NCBI GenBank assembly: GCA_913056165.1
Contig: CAJXMD010000002.1
Span: forward strand, 7,676 to 71,675
DNA from: an uncultured Halieaceae bacterium
Lineage (GTDB): Bacteria; Pseudomonadota; Gammaproteobacteria; Pseudomonadales; Halieaceae
Direction: 5' to 3'
Length of the DNA: 64,000 nt
Positions 32,586 to 40,729 of this stretch are shown piece by piece. How positions within the stretch are numbered: position 1 is the first letter of the stretch; every line of letters begins with the position of its first letter. The notes under the pieces were generated by a model. It searched no databases. It saw only the letters and a program-made list of their open reading frames with translations, and was not told where the DNA came from. The translations under genes and the position numbers were made by a program.

Positions 32586-33567
32586 TGAGTCCAACGAAGG
32601 TGCCACCATTTCGATAGGTCAGTTCTCGCATCAGTGTAGCAAAACGAACCCCGGTAGTTTGTAGTTGGGGGGGGCGAATAAACTGGACAGGAAACCCGAC
32701 AGCGTGGATTCGCACCCGTCTTTCACCGTCAAAATTGTCGGCATTGAGCTGATCTACTGTCTGAACCACGCTGCGAATGGAGTCGCCGGTGAATTCATCA
32801 CCAAACACGTAAATAGATATTTTTTTGTTGGGGTCATAGAAGGTACGCACCGCTGCAGTAATACCCTCGACCGGGGAGCTATTGGAAAAGACGTTCCAGT
32901 TGGCGAGATTTCGCAAAATGAGACTGCGCCGGGCAGGGGTATCGGGTATCCACTGACTCCGATAGCGGGAAAACAGATAGTTCCCCATATCGTTTAATAC
33001 CTGAATTCCTTTGACTTCCGGGTAAATGTTGAGCGTGGCCTCCATCTCTTTAAGCATGCGCTCCCAGGCGTAAGAAAACATCGAGCCGGAGGTGTCGATA
33101 ATGAAAATGATGTACTCGCTGTCGACTGGAATCCCCCCAATCAATTGATTTTTCTTTTCACTGTTAATGCCCAGCAGTCGTTTTTCTTCTTCGCTTAACT
33201 GCTGTCGGGCGATGGCGAGTTGTTGCTGAACAATGCTGTTGGTGTTGCGCGTAGTCTCAAGGGCGTCAAAGCGTGACTGAGCTTTTGCCAGCGCTCCTTG
33301 GAGGATGGCTATGCGCTCTTTGTACTGTGATATTTGTTCCTGCTTGGCATCTAACTCACGATTTAAAATTGTGGTTTCTCCCCGAATCTCGAACAGTTGC
33401 TCGGTGAGTTCAGCGACTTTGCCGTCGGCCACGATCGTGGATTTCTCCAGAATCTGTGGTTGCACGGTTTTTGTGATCATTAAAAGCAGAATGACCGCGC
33501 CGAAACCACAGCAGATAACGTCCAGAAAGGAGATCGAAAATTCAGGAGTGCCCCGTCGCTGCCTCAT
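32569..33567 (-). CDS. Single-pass TM + coiled-coil + VWA domain protein (paralog 2)
   Basis: SFLDVICCGFGAVILLLMI TM segment, heptad-rich stalk, IFIIDTSGSM MIDAS; ATGA overlap. Confidence 0.85.
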   Translation of the reverse strand: MRQRRGTPEFSISFLDVICCGFGAVILLLMITKTVQPQILEKSTIVADGKVAELTEQLFEIRGETTILNRELDAKQEQISQYKERIAILQGALAKAQSRFDALETTRNTNSIVQQQLAIARQQLSEEEKRLLGINSEKKNQLIGGIPVDSEYIIFIIDTSGSMFSYAWERMLKEMEATLNIYPEVKGIQVLNDMGNYLFSRYRSQWIPDTPARRSLILRNLANWNVFSNSSPVEGITAAVRTFYDPNKKISIYVFGDEFTGDSIRSVVQTVDQLNADNFDGERRVRIHAVGFPVQFIRPPQLQTTGVRFATLMRELTYRNGGTFVGLNDFRP

Positions 33568-34655
33568 GGCCAATCCCTCGAGGGCGACATAAATGAGCCG
33601 CCCGTTACTTGCGCCAACTGCCAGTATTCAGATGCCGCCATCGGATCACCTTCCATGGGGGCGAGGATAATATTAACCGGCACACCCGCCGGCAGCCGCC
33701 GAACCGCCGACCTGAATAGCTCGAGTCGGTCCCGTCCCGAGATCGTTGTTTTTCGTGGCGGGGCATCTCCCTGTGTGGGTAAACCATCGGTGATCAGAAA
33801 AATATTGTCCGGCCCTCCCGGTAGCGCCGCCACCGCATCAAAGGCCTTATGCAGGCTGGTTCCACCGGAGGGTAGCTGTTGGCGCAGGGCATCGGTCGCG
33901 CTTTTCAATAACTCCCCATCTGCGACGTCGAGCCAGCGGTTTTTCTTGTCTTCGAGAACTGAGTTGGCTTCGGTATTAAAGGCAATGATTTGAAACTGCG
34001 CATTGATGGGTAGCTGCGCAGTGAGCCAGTCGACCGTATTCAGCGTGCGAACCCACTTGGGGGCGGTTTGCTGAAGCTCGGCGTCCATGTTTCTAAGCCG
34101 GATGACATTGACAATACTGTCAGCAAGCATGCTCGCGGAGGCATCTACGAGAATAACGATGCGGCTACCTCCGAGGTTTAAGCCCGTCAGATACTGACGG
34201 TTGCCCACCCCCACGTACTCACGAGCACTTCGACCCGCCTGCGCTTCGGCGGCTTCCTTAAGTTTTTCCACTCGCTCCTCGAGTCGGTTAATTTCAGCTT
34301 TCAGAGCCTCCACATCCTGATCTTCACTCAGGCCGCTTTCTTCAAGGGACGCAATAAGCGCTTCGTAATTGTCGAGCTCTTCGGTCACCCGGGTTGCTAA
34401 CCCCTGAGCTTCAACGATATCCAGATCAGCACTGGTGAGCGCGTTGCGAAGACGGACGAGACCGGCCTCGCCCTCCCGGATGTCCTCTTCCAGCAGGTCG
34501 ATTTCCGCAAACACCTCGGCGTTGACGGTTCGACTCTCAATTTCCATCGAGTGATCGATGATAAGGAACACCAAGACCACCGCCCCGAAACCACAGGACA
34601 TAATGTCCAGAAAACTGAGGTTGAAGGTCGATGTCTGCCGCTTACGTCGAGTCAA
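33564..34655 (-). CDS. Single-pass TM + coiled-coil + VWA domain protein (paralog 1)
   Basis: SFLDIMSCGFGAVVLVFLII TM segment, coiled coil, LVDASASM...GGT...ITDGLP MIDAS; TTG start with GAGGAG RBS. Confidence 0.87.
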   Translation of the reverse strand: MTRRKRQTSTFNLSFLDIMSCGFGAVVLVFLIIDHSMEIESRTVNAEVFAEIDLLEEDIREGEAGLVRLRNALTSADLDIVEAQGLATRVTEELDNYEALIASLEESGLSEDQDVEALKAEINRLEERVEKLKEAAEAQAGRSAREYVGVGNRQYLTGLNLGGSRIVILVDASASMLADSIVNVIRLRNMDAELQQTAPKWVRTLNTVDWLTAQLPINAQFQIIAFNTEANSVLEDKKNRWLDVADGELLKSATDALRQQLPSGGTSLHKAFDAVAALPGGPDNIFLITDGLPTQGDAPPRKTTISGRDRLELFRSAVRRLPAGVPVNIILAPMEGDPMAASEYWQLAQVTGGSFMSPSRDWP

Positions 34656-34658
34656 CCA

Positions 34659-35918
34659 TTACTCCTCGACGGCGATGAGCTGCGCGTTGAATCCCATGGC
34701 ATCGGTGATGACATCACCGACAGTGAAAACATGGCCAGCCTCAGCTGCCCTGCCGTTGATGTTGAGGTCCTGAGGGATGGGTGCGGCAAGTATGATCGAT
34801 GTGCCCTGCTGCTCGAGTTGAATCTCCTGTGGCGAGAGTGCGCCCGGTGTAAAGGCTTTGGCGATGCCGCCGCTCACCCAGTGGGTGGGTCGGGGGAGCG
34901 GGTTTGACTCGTGAGATTCTGTGGCGGGAGCAGGACTCTCGGTCTGGGGTGCCACCCGGGAGTTGGTGGATTCTGCGGGTACCCGACGCTGAAGCACCAG
35001 CGCATCCGGCGCTTGCCGCAGACTGTCGGCAAATTTTAGTGTGGTGGTGACGATAGCGCCGTTGTCGATGCCTGCCGCAGAGCTATCCATGACCAATCCG
35101 GGCAGCTGATCGAGGGGCGATTCCAGCAGTATCGGTGAGTCTGCATCCAGCAGCGGTTGAAGCGCGTTCGCGTAGGCGGCGCCAACGCAAGCCAGATCCT
35201 CCTGAGTTACCCGGACGTCATAGCCATTGATCGACATGTGCGCCTCACCTTGGGCTTTCAGGGTGGCGAGGAAGACCGGGAGTTGGTCGTACAGGGTCTG
35301 CTCTCCGTCCGCGGATCGAAGCGGATCAAAACGGGTTTGATCCACAAAAGCGCCAGCAATACTGTTGGCCAAGCGATCCTGCAGAGCGAGCAGTCCCTCA
35401 CCCGGCAATGCCTGAGAGTTTGTTGCGGCCACGTGACCATCGGAGACCTGAAACTGGGTGACCAAGGTCTGGTGTAGCTGAAGTTCAACGTGCAGTCCCT
35501 GTCCCATGCCGCTGGCGCTACCGAGCAGCGCGGATCGGTGAATCAATCCGTCGATAGAAAAGGGGAGGTGTTCCACAATACCTAGCAGGAGTGACAGCTG
35601 CTCGCGCGTAAAGCTCCCGGGCACGGTGAGTAGGACACGATCGGGTCGATTGGCTTCCTCGTAAAGGGTCTGAAGATGTTCATGGGCTAGATCCGCTGTG
35701 TGTCGTGCCTTGCCGAGAGGGGGCGCCAGTGGCGCGGTGCCCAGCTGCGACCAAAAGCGCGTGTTGACCTCGCGAGGGGTGCGTCGTTGGGTGCGCAAGG
35801 CCGCTATCCCGAAACGAAATTGCTTGCCATCGAACCAGGCGTATCCCGGGGATTCGATGTCCGTGTCGCCTCGCCAGATTTTTAGCGCGGTGTCGTGGAG
35901 GTCTAGAACAGCCGTCAT
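34659..35918 (-). CDS. Cytoplasmic protein resembling a degenerate Hsp70/actin-fold domain plus FHA-like C-terminus
   Basis: Colinear by-eye similarity to the DnaK NBD (LLTVPGSF vs VITVPAYF etc.); LNING...GDVI tail; ATGA overlap. Confidence 0.65.
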   Translation of the reverse strand: [419 protein letters not shown]

Positions 35919-36718
35919 GATCTCGGTACTGCAAGGTGGCGAAGGAGTTTGCGATCGATGTACCGCTGGGTGCTAAGGACGAGGCGCTCTTGGGAGAGTT
36001 GCAGCTGGTGTAAGGCAAACATGATGATGATCGATAGAACCAGCGCGACAAAGGTGCTGTTGAAGGCAACCCCCAAACTCACGGTGACCCCCGAGATATC
36101 GCCTTCCACTGCCTTATAGGCTTGTCCCAGCGCGTCACCGATACCCCGTACGGTGCCGATAAACCCGATGGAGGGGATGGCCCAAGAGATATATCGCACC
36201 ATGGAAAGTTCCGAATCCAGTCGGTCTGCTTCGATGTCGCACTGTTCTCGCACGGACTCGGATACCGCGGGGATCGACTGGGTCGTCGCAAAACGTTGGA
36301 GCGCATTCATAAGCGCTCGTGGCAGCAAAAAATCCTGCTCTTCTTCAGGGAGAGCTTCCAGAGCCCGCGCGTAGTCTCTTGAGTCTTGCGGCAGCAGGCT
36401 GGTGCCGGTGGGAACATCCATTAGATTGCGCCCCAGCATTCCCTGCTCAAGTCGGGTGCGATGGGCCTTGAGTCCCATGATCGCCAGAGCCCAAAACAGC
36501 AGGATAAAACATGCCTCCTGCTCAAAATCCCGGATGACGATGGCAAGTGTTCGCTGTGCTTCCACCGCCTCCCCGGCAGCCTGCAGGGCGGCCTGCGCGG
36601 CGAGTTGTGCTTCGGCGGTGGGGCGAATGAGTCCGATATAGACGCCGTGCACCACGATGACCGCAAGAAGCAGGGCAAAAACCTGATAGAGAAATTCGTT
36701 ATTGATACGCAAAGGCAT
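35915..36718 (-). CDS. MotA/TolQ/ExbB proton-channel family protein
   Basis: WAIPSIGFIGTVRGI and LGVAFNSTFVAL TM motifs; two additional N-terminal TM helices. Confidence 0.92.
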   Translation of the reverse strand: MPLRINNEFLYQVFALLLAVIVVHGVYIGLIRPTAEAQLAAQAALQAAGEAVEAQRTLAIVIRDFEQEACFILLFWALAIMGLKAHRTRLEQGMLGRNLMDVPTGTSLLPQDSRDYARALEALPEEEQDFLLPRALMNALQRFATTQSIPAVSESVREQCDIEADRLDSELSMVRYISWAIPSIGFIGTVRGIGDALGQAYKAVEGDISGVTVSLGVAFNSTFVALVLSIIIMFALHQLQLSQERLVLSTQRYIDRKLLRHLAVPRS

Positions 36719-36732
36719 AGTAGAGATCCTGC

Positions 36733-37041
36733 TTATATATCAACGGGGAAGGATACCGAGCTGTCCTCGGAGATCGTCTCGCTGGGAATGTAGTCCAGAG
36801 TGGGTCGTGCGGTTGGGTTCACCTCAAGGGGCGCCTCTTCTTCCCGCTCCGGAGCAGCCACTTGAGAGGACTCGGATTCGGTAGCCGGTTCTGGGAGGGT
36901 TGATTCCTGTGCCTCGAGGCCAGCAGACACCAGCCCTGCGGCCAGGGCTAAACTACCTAGCATCACTGCCACAGGCGCTTTATAGCCGGCACGGCTTTCC
37001 TTGTCCTGTGACGCTATCTTTCTGGTGAGCTTATTCTGCAT
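36733..37041 (-). CDS. Small exported acidic protein
   Basis: Hydrophobic signal segment, low-complexity linker, C-terminal YIPSETISEDSSVSFPVDI; overlaps the upstream stop. Confidence 0.75.
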   Translation of the reverse strand: MQNKLTRKIASQDKESRAGYKAPVAVMLGSLALAAGLVSAGLEAQESTLPEPATESESSQVAAPEREEEAPLEVNPTARPTLDYIPSETISEDSSVSFPVDI

Positions 37042-39154
37042 AGCGCGCTATCCTGAAACCCAAGTCGTCCCTGCCCGCGGCTCCATAATCACGGTAGGTG
37101 AGCCGAAGTTCCGCCAGTCGACTCAGCGCCCAGCTTGCGCCTCTGACGGTGTAGTTGTCTCCGTTCACACTGCCCAGCGGGTCGGTGGCGAGTTCTGCAT
37201 TGGCAGATGGAATCACGTAAACATCGTGAACCCATTCCGCCACGTTACCCCCCATATCGTACAGGCCCCGGTGGTTGGGCGGAAAGCTCGCCACTGGCGC
37301 TGCCACGATATGACCGTCCGCGTACCCGTTGAGGATACGGCCGGTCACCAAGGCAGAGGTATTGTCTGCTACGTTCACCACGGGCGCACTGGGTGGGAAT
37401 TCCTCACCCCAGGCAAATTTCCGATAGCCCTCGCCCTCGATCCGAGCCGCGTAAGACCATTCGGCCTCAGTGGGTAGGCGATAGCCGGTGCTGGATGCGT
37501 TGTAACCCCGGATAATGCCTTCGCTCTCTCGATAGAAAGGCGGTAGCCCCTCCTTAGCGCTCAGCCAGTTACAGAACCGGGCTGCCTGTTGCCAGCTGAT
37601 CTGGGCCACTGGCTGATGCTCCCGATTGAGGCTATTGCCCTCAATTTGCCCGCTGCTATGGCTTTCCAGAAACTGTCTGAACTGGGCGTTAGTGGTCTCT
37701 GTTGTTGCCAAGTAAAAAGCGCGTTCGAGTTTTACCGTGTGCAGCACTTCATTGGAGCGCCGTCCCGGCTCTCGCCGCGATGCCCCCATGGAGAACTCAT
37801 TCATGGGTTCGGCGATCGGATCGATGAGCACCAGCGTTTGTCCCAACGGCGACACAATCTCGGGTTTGATCGCTGCCTTGCGGGCTTCTGCCTCGGTAAG
37901 CAGAGCGATATCCACGACCTGCTCCAGGCCTTCGCGGGGCGTGACCTGCAACCGCTCGCTGGCATAGCCTGGTGCCCGAATTTCAACCCGCTGGGTTACC
38001 GCGGGGAGGGCGAGTGTCTGATCTCCACGACCCATCACCGTGCCATTCACCAGAAGCTCAGCGCTCGACGGCTGAACACGAAAAGTGACGTCACCCAGCC
38101 GGGGAGTCAGGGTGACGTCCCGGGTTGCGGTATCACCGCGTGCCAGTTCGAGGGTTAACCGGGCACGCTGATAGCCGGATTTTGTGAGTTGTATGCTGTG
38201 AGTCTCATCGGGTGTGAGTTCAATCTCCAGCGGTGTTCGTCCCTCGAAGGTGCCATCCACCGCCACCGCGGCGCCCGTCGGTGTAGACGTGAGTGAAAGC
38301 ACACCGGCAGAGGGTTTCAGTTGGACGGGCCCGATCTCCTGCGGCACACCCGCCACTACAGTGAGTTCAACTGGGGCATCCACATACCCGTTGGCGCGAA
38401 TAACCAGCTCGCGCTCGCCGCTCATGACTTCAATTGGCGTGCCGGCATTTCCTATCGGTTCTCCATCCAGCCATACGCTGGCGTCTTCTGGTGTCGAGGT
38501 AATCAGTATGTCAGCCCAGTCGGGTTCGAGGTCGACGCTAAGTGTCTGCTCGATCCCCCGGCCGGTAACATCGATGGTGGTGTCTCGCTCGATATAGCGG
38601 GGCAGCGAAAACCTCAATGTCCCGGACCCGGCGGGCAGCGAGAGACGCTGCAACGGTGTGACGCCGATAGCAACCTCGTCTAAAAAAACCTCGGCTCCAG
38701 CCGGCGCGGATTCGATCGTGACCCATCCCGGTTTGATGGCGGGACTGATATCCAGGCGCTGGCTCTCTGCGTCGCCAACGGTGATCGTGTCCTCGAAATC
38801 TTCGTAGCCGGCCACCTTTACTACCAGTTCGTACTCGCCGCTTCGAAGTAGGTATCTGGGACCGATAGGGATCGCGATGCCTGACAGGCTTATGTCAGCT
38901 GTTCCAATAGCATCCACGACGATGTCCAGTGAGCGGGCGGTGAGTAGAAAAAACAGCGCGTAGATAACGATGGCGCCGCCTACACCACCGACCAATAGAG
39001 GCCATCGTCGAACTCCCTCTGATGGACCGGTGGTGCTGAGAGGTTCAAAGGCCGTCGGACTGAGCGGCCCGTCTGACTGGCCGGGCTGCTGTGATGCGGG
39101 CATTGGGCTAAAACCATCCGCCTTCAGGGGCTTGTCGTCCTCGTTCATGGGCAT
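37031..39154 (-). CDS. TM-anchored multi-PEGA + FGE-sulfatase (SUMF1-like) domain protein
   Basis: Repeated (I/L)xSxPxGAxVx(L/V)D PEGA units; FSMG, YRLPTEAEW, GLYDMGGNVAEW, GFR motifs. Confidence 0.9.
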   Translation of the reverse strand: MPMNEDDKPLKADGFSPMPASQQPGQSDGPLSPTAFEPLSTTGPSEGVRRWPLLVGGVGGAIVIYALFFLLTARSLDIVVDAIGTADISLSGIAIPIGPRYLLRSGEYELVVKVAGYEDFEDTITVGDAESQRLDISPAIKPGWVTIESAPAGAEVFLDEVAIGVTPLQRLSLPAGSGTLRFSLPRYIERDTTIDVTGRGIEQTLSVDLEPDWADILITSTPEDASVWLDGEPIGNAGTPIEVMSGERELVIRANGYVDAPVELTVVAGVPQEIGPVQLKPSAGVLSLTSTPTGAAVAVDGTFEGRTPLEIELTPDETHSIQLTKSGYQRARLTLELARGDTATRDVTLTPRLGDVTFRVQPSSAELLVNGTVMGRGDQTLALPAVTQRVEIRAPGYASERLQVTPREGLEQVVDIALLTEAEARKAAIKPEIVSPLGQTLVLIDPIAEPMNEFSMGASRREPGRRSNEVLHTVKLERAFYLATTETTNAQFRQFLESHSSGQIEGNSLNREHQPVAQISWQQAARFCNWLSAKEGLPPFYRESEGIIRGYNASSTGYRLPTEAEWSYAARIEGEGYRKFAWGEEFPPSAPVVNVADNTSALVTGRILNGYADGHIVAAPVASFPPNHRGLYDMGGNVAEWVHDVYVIPSANAELATDPLGSVNGDNYTVRGASWALSRLAELRLTYRDYGAAGRDDLGFRIARYAE

Positions 39155-40677
39155 CAGATACTCTCCGTGCAGCGGACGTCGACCGCGCCTTTTTGTCCCG
39201 GTTTCACGCTGAAGGAAACCCGAACATCACGGAAGCCTGTCCGCACCCCCATGGCGACGTAGTCACCCGGTCGGAGCGTTAAATTCTGTTCGCTGAATGC
39301 GCCAAGCCGGCGAACCCGCAGGAGAGTCACATCGGTCTGACCATCGGATGTCACGTTTACCTCCACGGGGGTGCGGGCATAGTTGAGTGCCGCCGAAATC
39401 GCCTGAATTTGCCCCGAGAGAACAGGGCCCGGTGCGCTAATGGCTTGCGCCTGTTGCAGGGTGGCTTCCGCCTCGGCCAGTACCCGTCGGTCTACTAACC
39501 GCTCTTGTTCATCGAGAATGGTTTGCAGCGCTGTTGCCAAGGCAGCCCGGGGCTTCACCCGGTCAAGTCCCTGTTGGGCGAATACCAGCGTAGGATCGGT
39601 GGCCAGTGCTTCCTCGTAAGTATCGAGAGCCCCTTGCCAGTCTTCCGCACGCTCTTTTTGTTCCCCTGTCTGAGCCAGTGCTCGCAAGGTGGCATCTGTC
39701 TTGGCCTCAGATAACTCGGTTTCGGCGGCTTGCACCTCGGCTGATGTGGGACGCAGCTGCCGAGCCTTCTGGAAGGCCGCCGCCGCCCCTTCAAAGTTTT
39801 CCTGATCAAGCAGGTCATAGCCCCTTGTCATCGCCTGGCGAAATCGTTGGTCTGCATCCTGCTGTTGGAAGGTCGCGAGCATGTCACCTGCTCGTTGATG
39901 ATCCGGATCGGCACTGACCGCCCGTTTGGTTGCATCAATGGCAGCTGAGAGATCATTTTGATCGGCTGCTTCAATCGCCGCGTCCAGTGCTTTAGACACC
40001 TCGGGTATAACAGCCACTCTTGCGCGTAGCGTGTCCCGATCCAGATCATTTGGTGAGAGCAACACCAGCAAATCCAAATTTGCTGTGGCGTCGAGTTGGT
40101 TGCCCTCTTCAATGGCGTTCAGGGTGGCCGCTCGCGCGTCAGCGATTCGTGCTGGCACGCTGTCTTCAAGGGTGACCAGTGCATCTCCCGCATTTAAATA
40201 AGCGGTTGCTGCCTCGGTAAAATCCCCGTTCCGGTAGGCCTCATCCCCCGACATCGCCGTTGCTATAGTGGCCTGATAGGCATTGGGTGCCCAGCGCTCC
40301 ACCCCAAGATCTTGCAGTATCTCCTGAAGTTCAAGCACCCGCTGCAAGGCATCCTGCGCGGCTTTGCGCGCCTGTTGCCGTTGTGCCTCGGCAAAGGGAC
40401 TGCGCTCCACCGGCGCTTGCGCTGACGCCGCTGACCCGACGCTCCCCGATGCACTCGAATCGGTGGCGGGGGACATTGACGACTGTGTCTCAGGCGTTGA
40501 TGGGTCACCCACCAACAGAGGGAGCAGTACGAAAACACAGACTGCGACAACGCCCAGCGTGAGAATACCGGGCACCAACCACGGGGGTCGTTGCCCGGCG
40601 TCCGTCGACTCATTAACGGTGTCGGTTTGTGGGGAGAAGGCGGTCGGGTTGAGGGGTTTGTCGGTGCTATCGCTCAC
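39154..40677 (-). CDS. TM-anchored TPR-like helical protein with C-terminal PEGA-like domain
   Basis: N-terminal TM helix, Ala-rich TPR-like repeats, SDGQTDV...LRPGDY...GFRDVR tail. Confidence 0.78.
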   Translation of the reverse strand: MSDSTDKPLNPTAFSPQTDTVNESTDAGQRPPWLVPGILTLGVVAVCVFVLLPLLVGDPSTPETQSSMSPATDSSASGSVGSAASAQAPVERSPFAEAQRQQARKAAQDALQRVLELQEILQDLGVERWAPNAYQATIATAMSGDEAYRNGDFTEAATAYLNAGDALVTLEDSVPARIADARAATLNAIEEGNQLDATANLDLLVLLSPNDLDRDTLRARVAVIPEVSKALDAAIEAADQNDLSAAIDATKRAVSADPDHQRAGDMLATFQQQDADQRFRQAMTRGYDLLDQENFEGAAAAFQKARQLRPTSAEVQAAETELSEAKTDATLRALAQTGEQKERAEDWQGALDTYEEALATDPTLVFAQQGLDRVKPRAALATALQTILDEQERLVDRRVLAEAEATLQQAQAISAPGPVLSGQIQAISAALNYARTPVEVNVTSDGQTDVTLLRVRRLGAFSEQNLTLRPGDYVAMGVRTGFRDVRVSFSVKPGQKGAVDVRCTESI

Positions 40678-40698
40678 GGAAGTGATGTCCTGAAAGTC

Positions 40699-40729
40699 GG
40701 TCAGTGCCCCAGTTGCCGGGGCTCTGGCC
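40699..40729 (-). other. Intercistronic GC-rich hairpin (possible weak terminator or mRNA stabiliser)
   Basis: Minus strand GGCCAG-A-GCCCC / 7-nt loop / GGGGC-A-CTGACC, followed by GACTTT. Confidence 0.4.

Noticed and set aside
32569-34655. MoxR-VWA (Bat/RavA-ViaA) chaperone system
   Set aside because: No MoxR AAA+ ATPase or DUF58 gene in the window, and the VWA proteins have a TM-Asp/coiled-coil architecture.
35915-36718. Zorya (zorAB), Tol-Pal, ExbBD-TonB or flagellar MotAB assignment
   Set aside because: No OmpA-domain partner, no long ZorA tail or zorC/D/E, no tolA/tolB/pal, no canonical exbD or TonB-dependent receptor, and no flagellar genes nearby.
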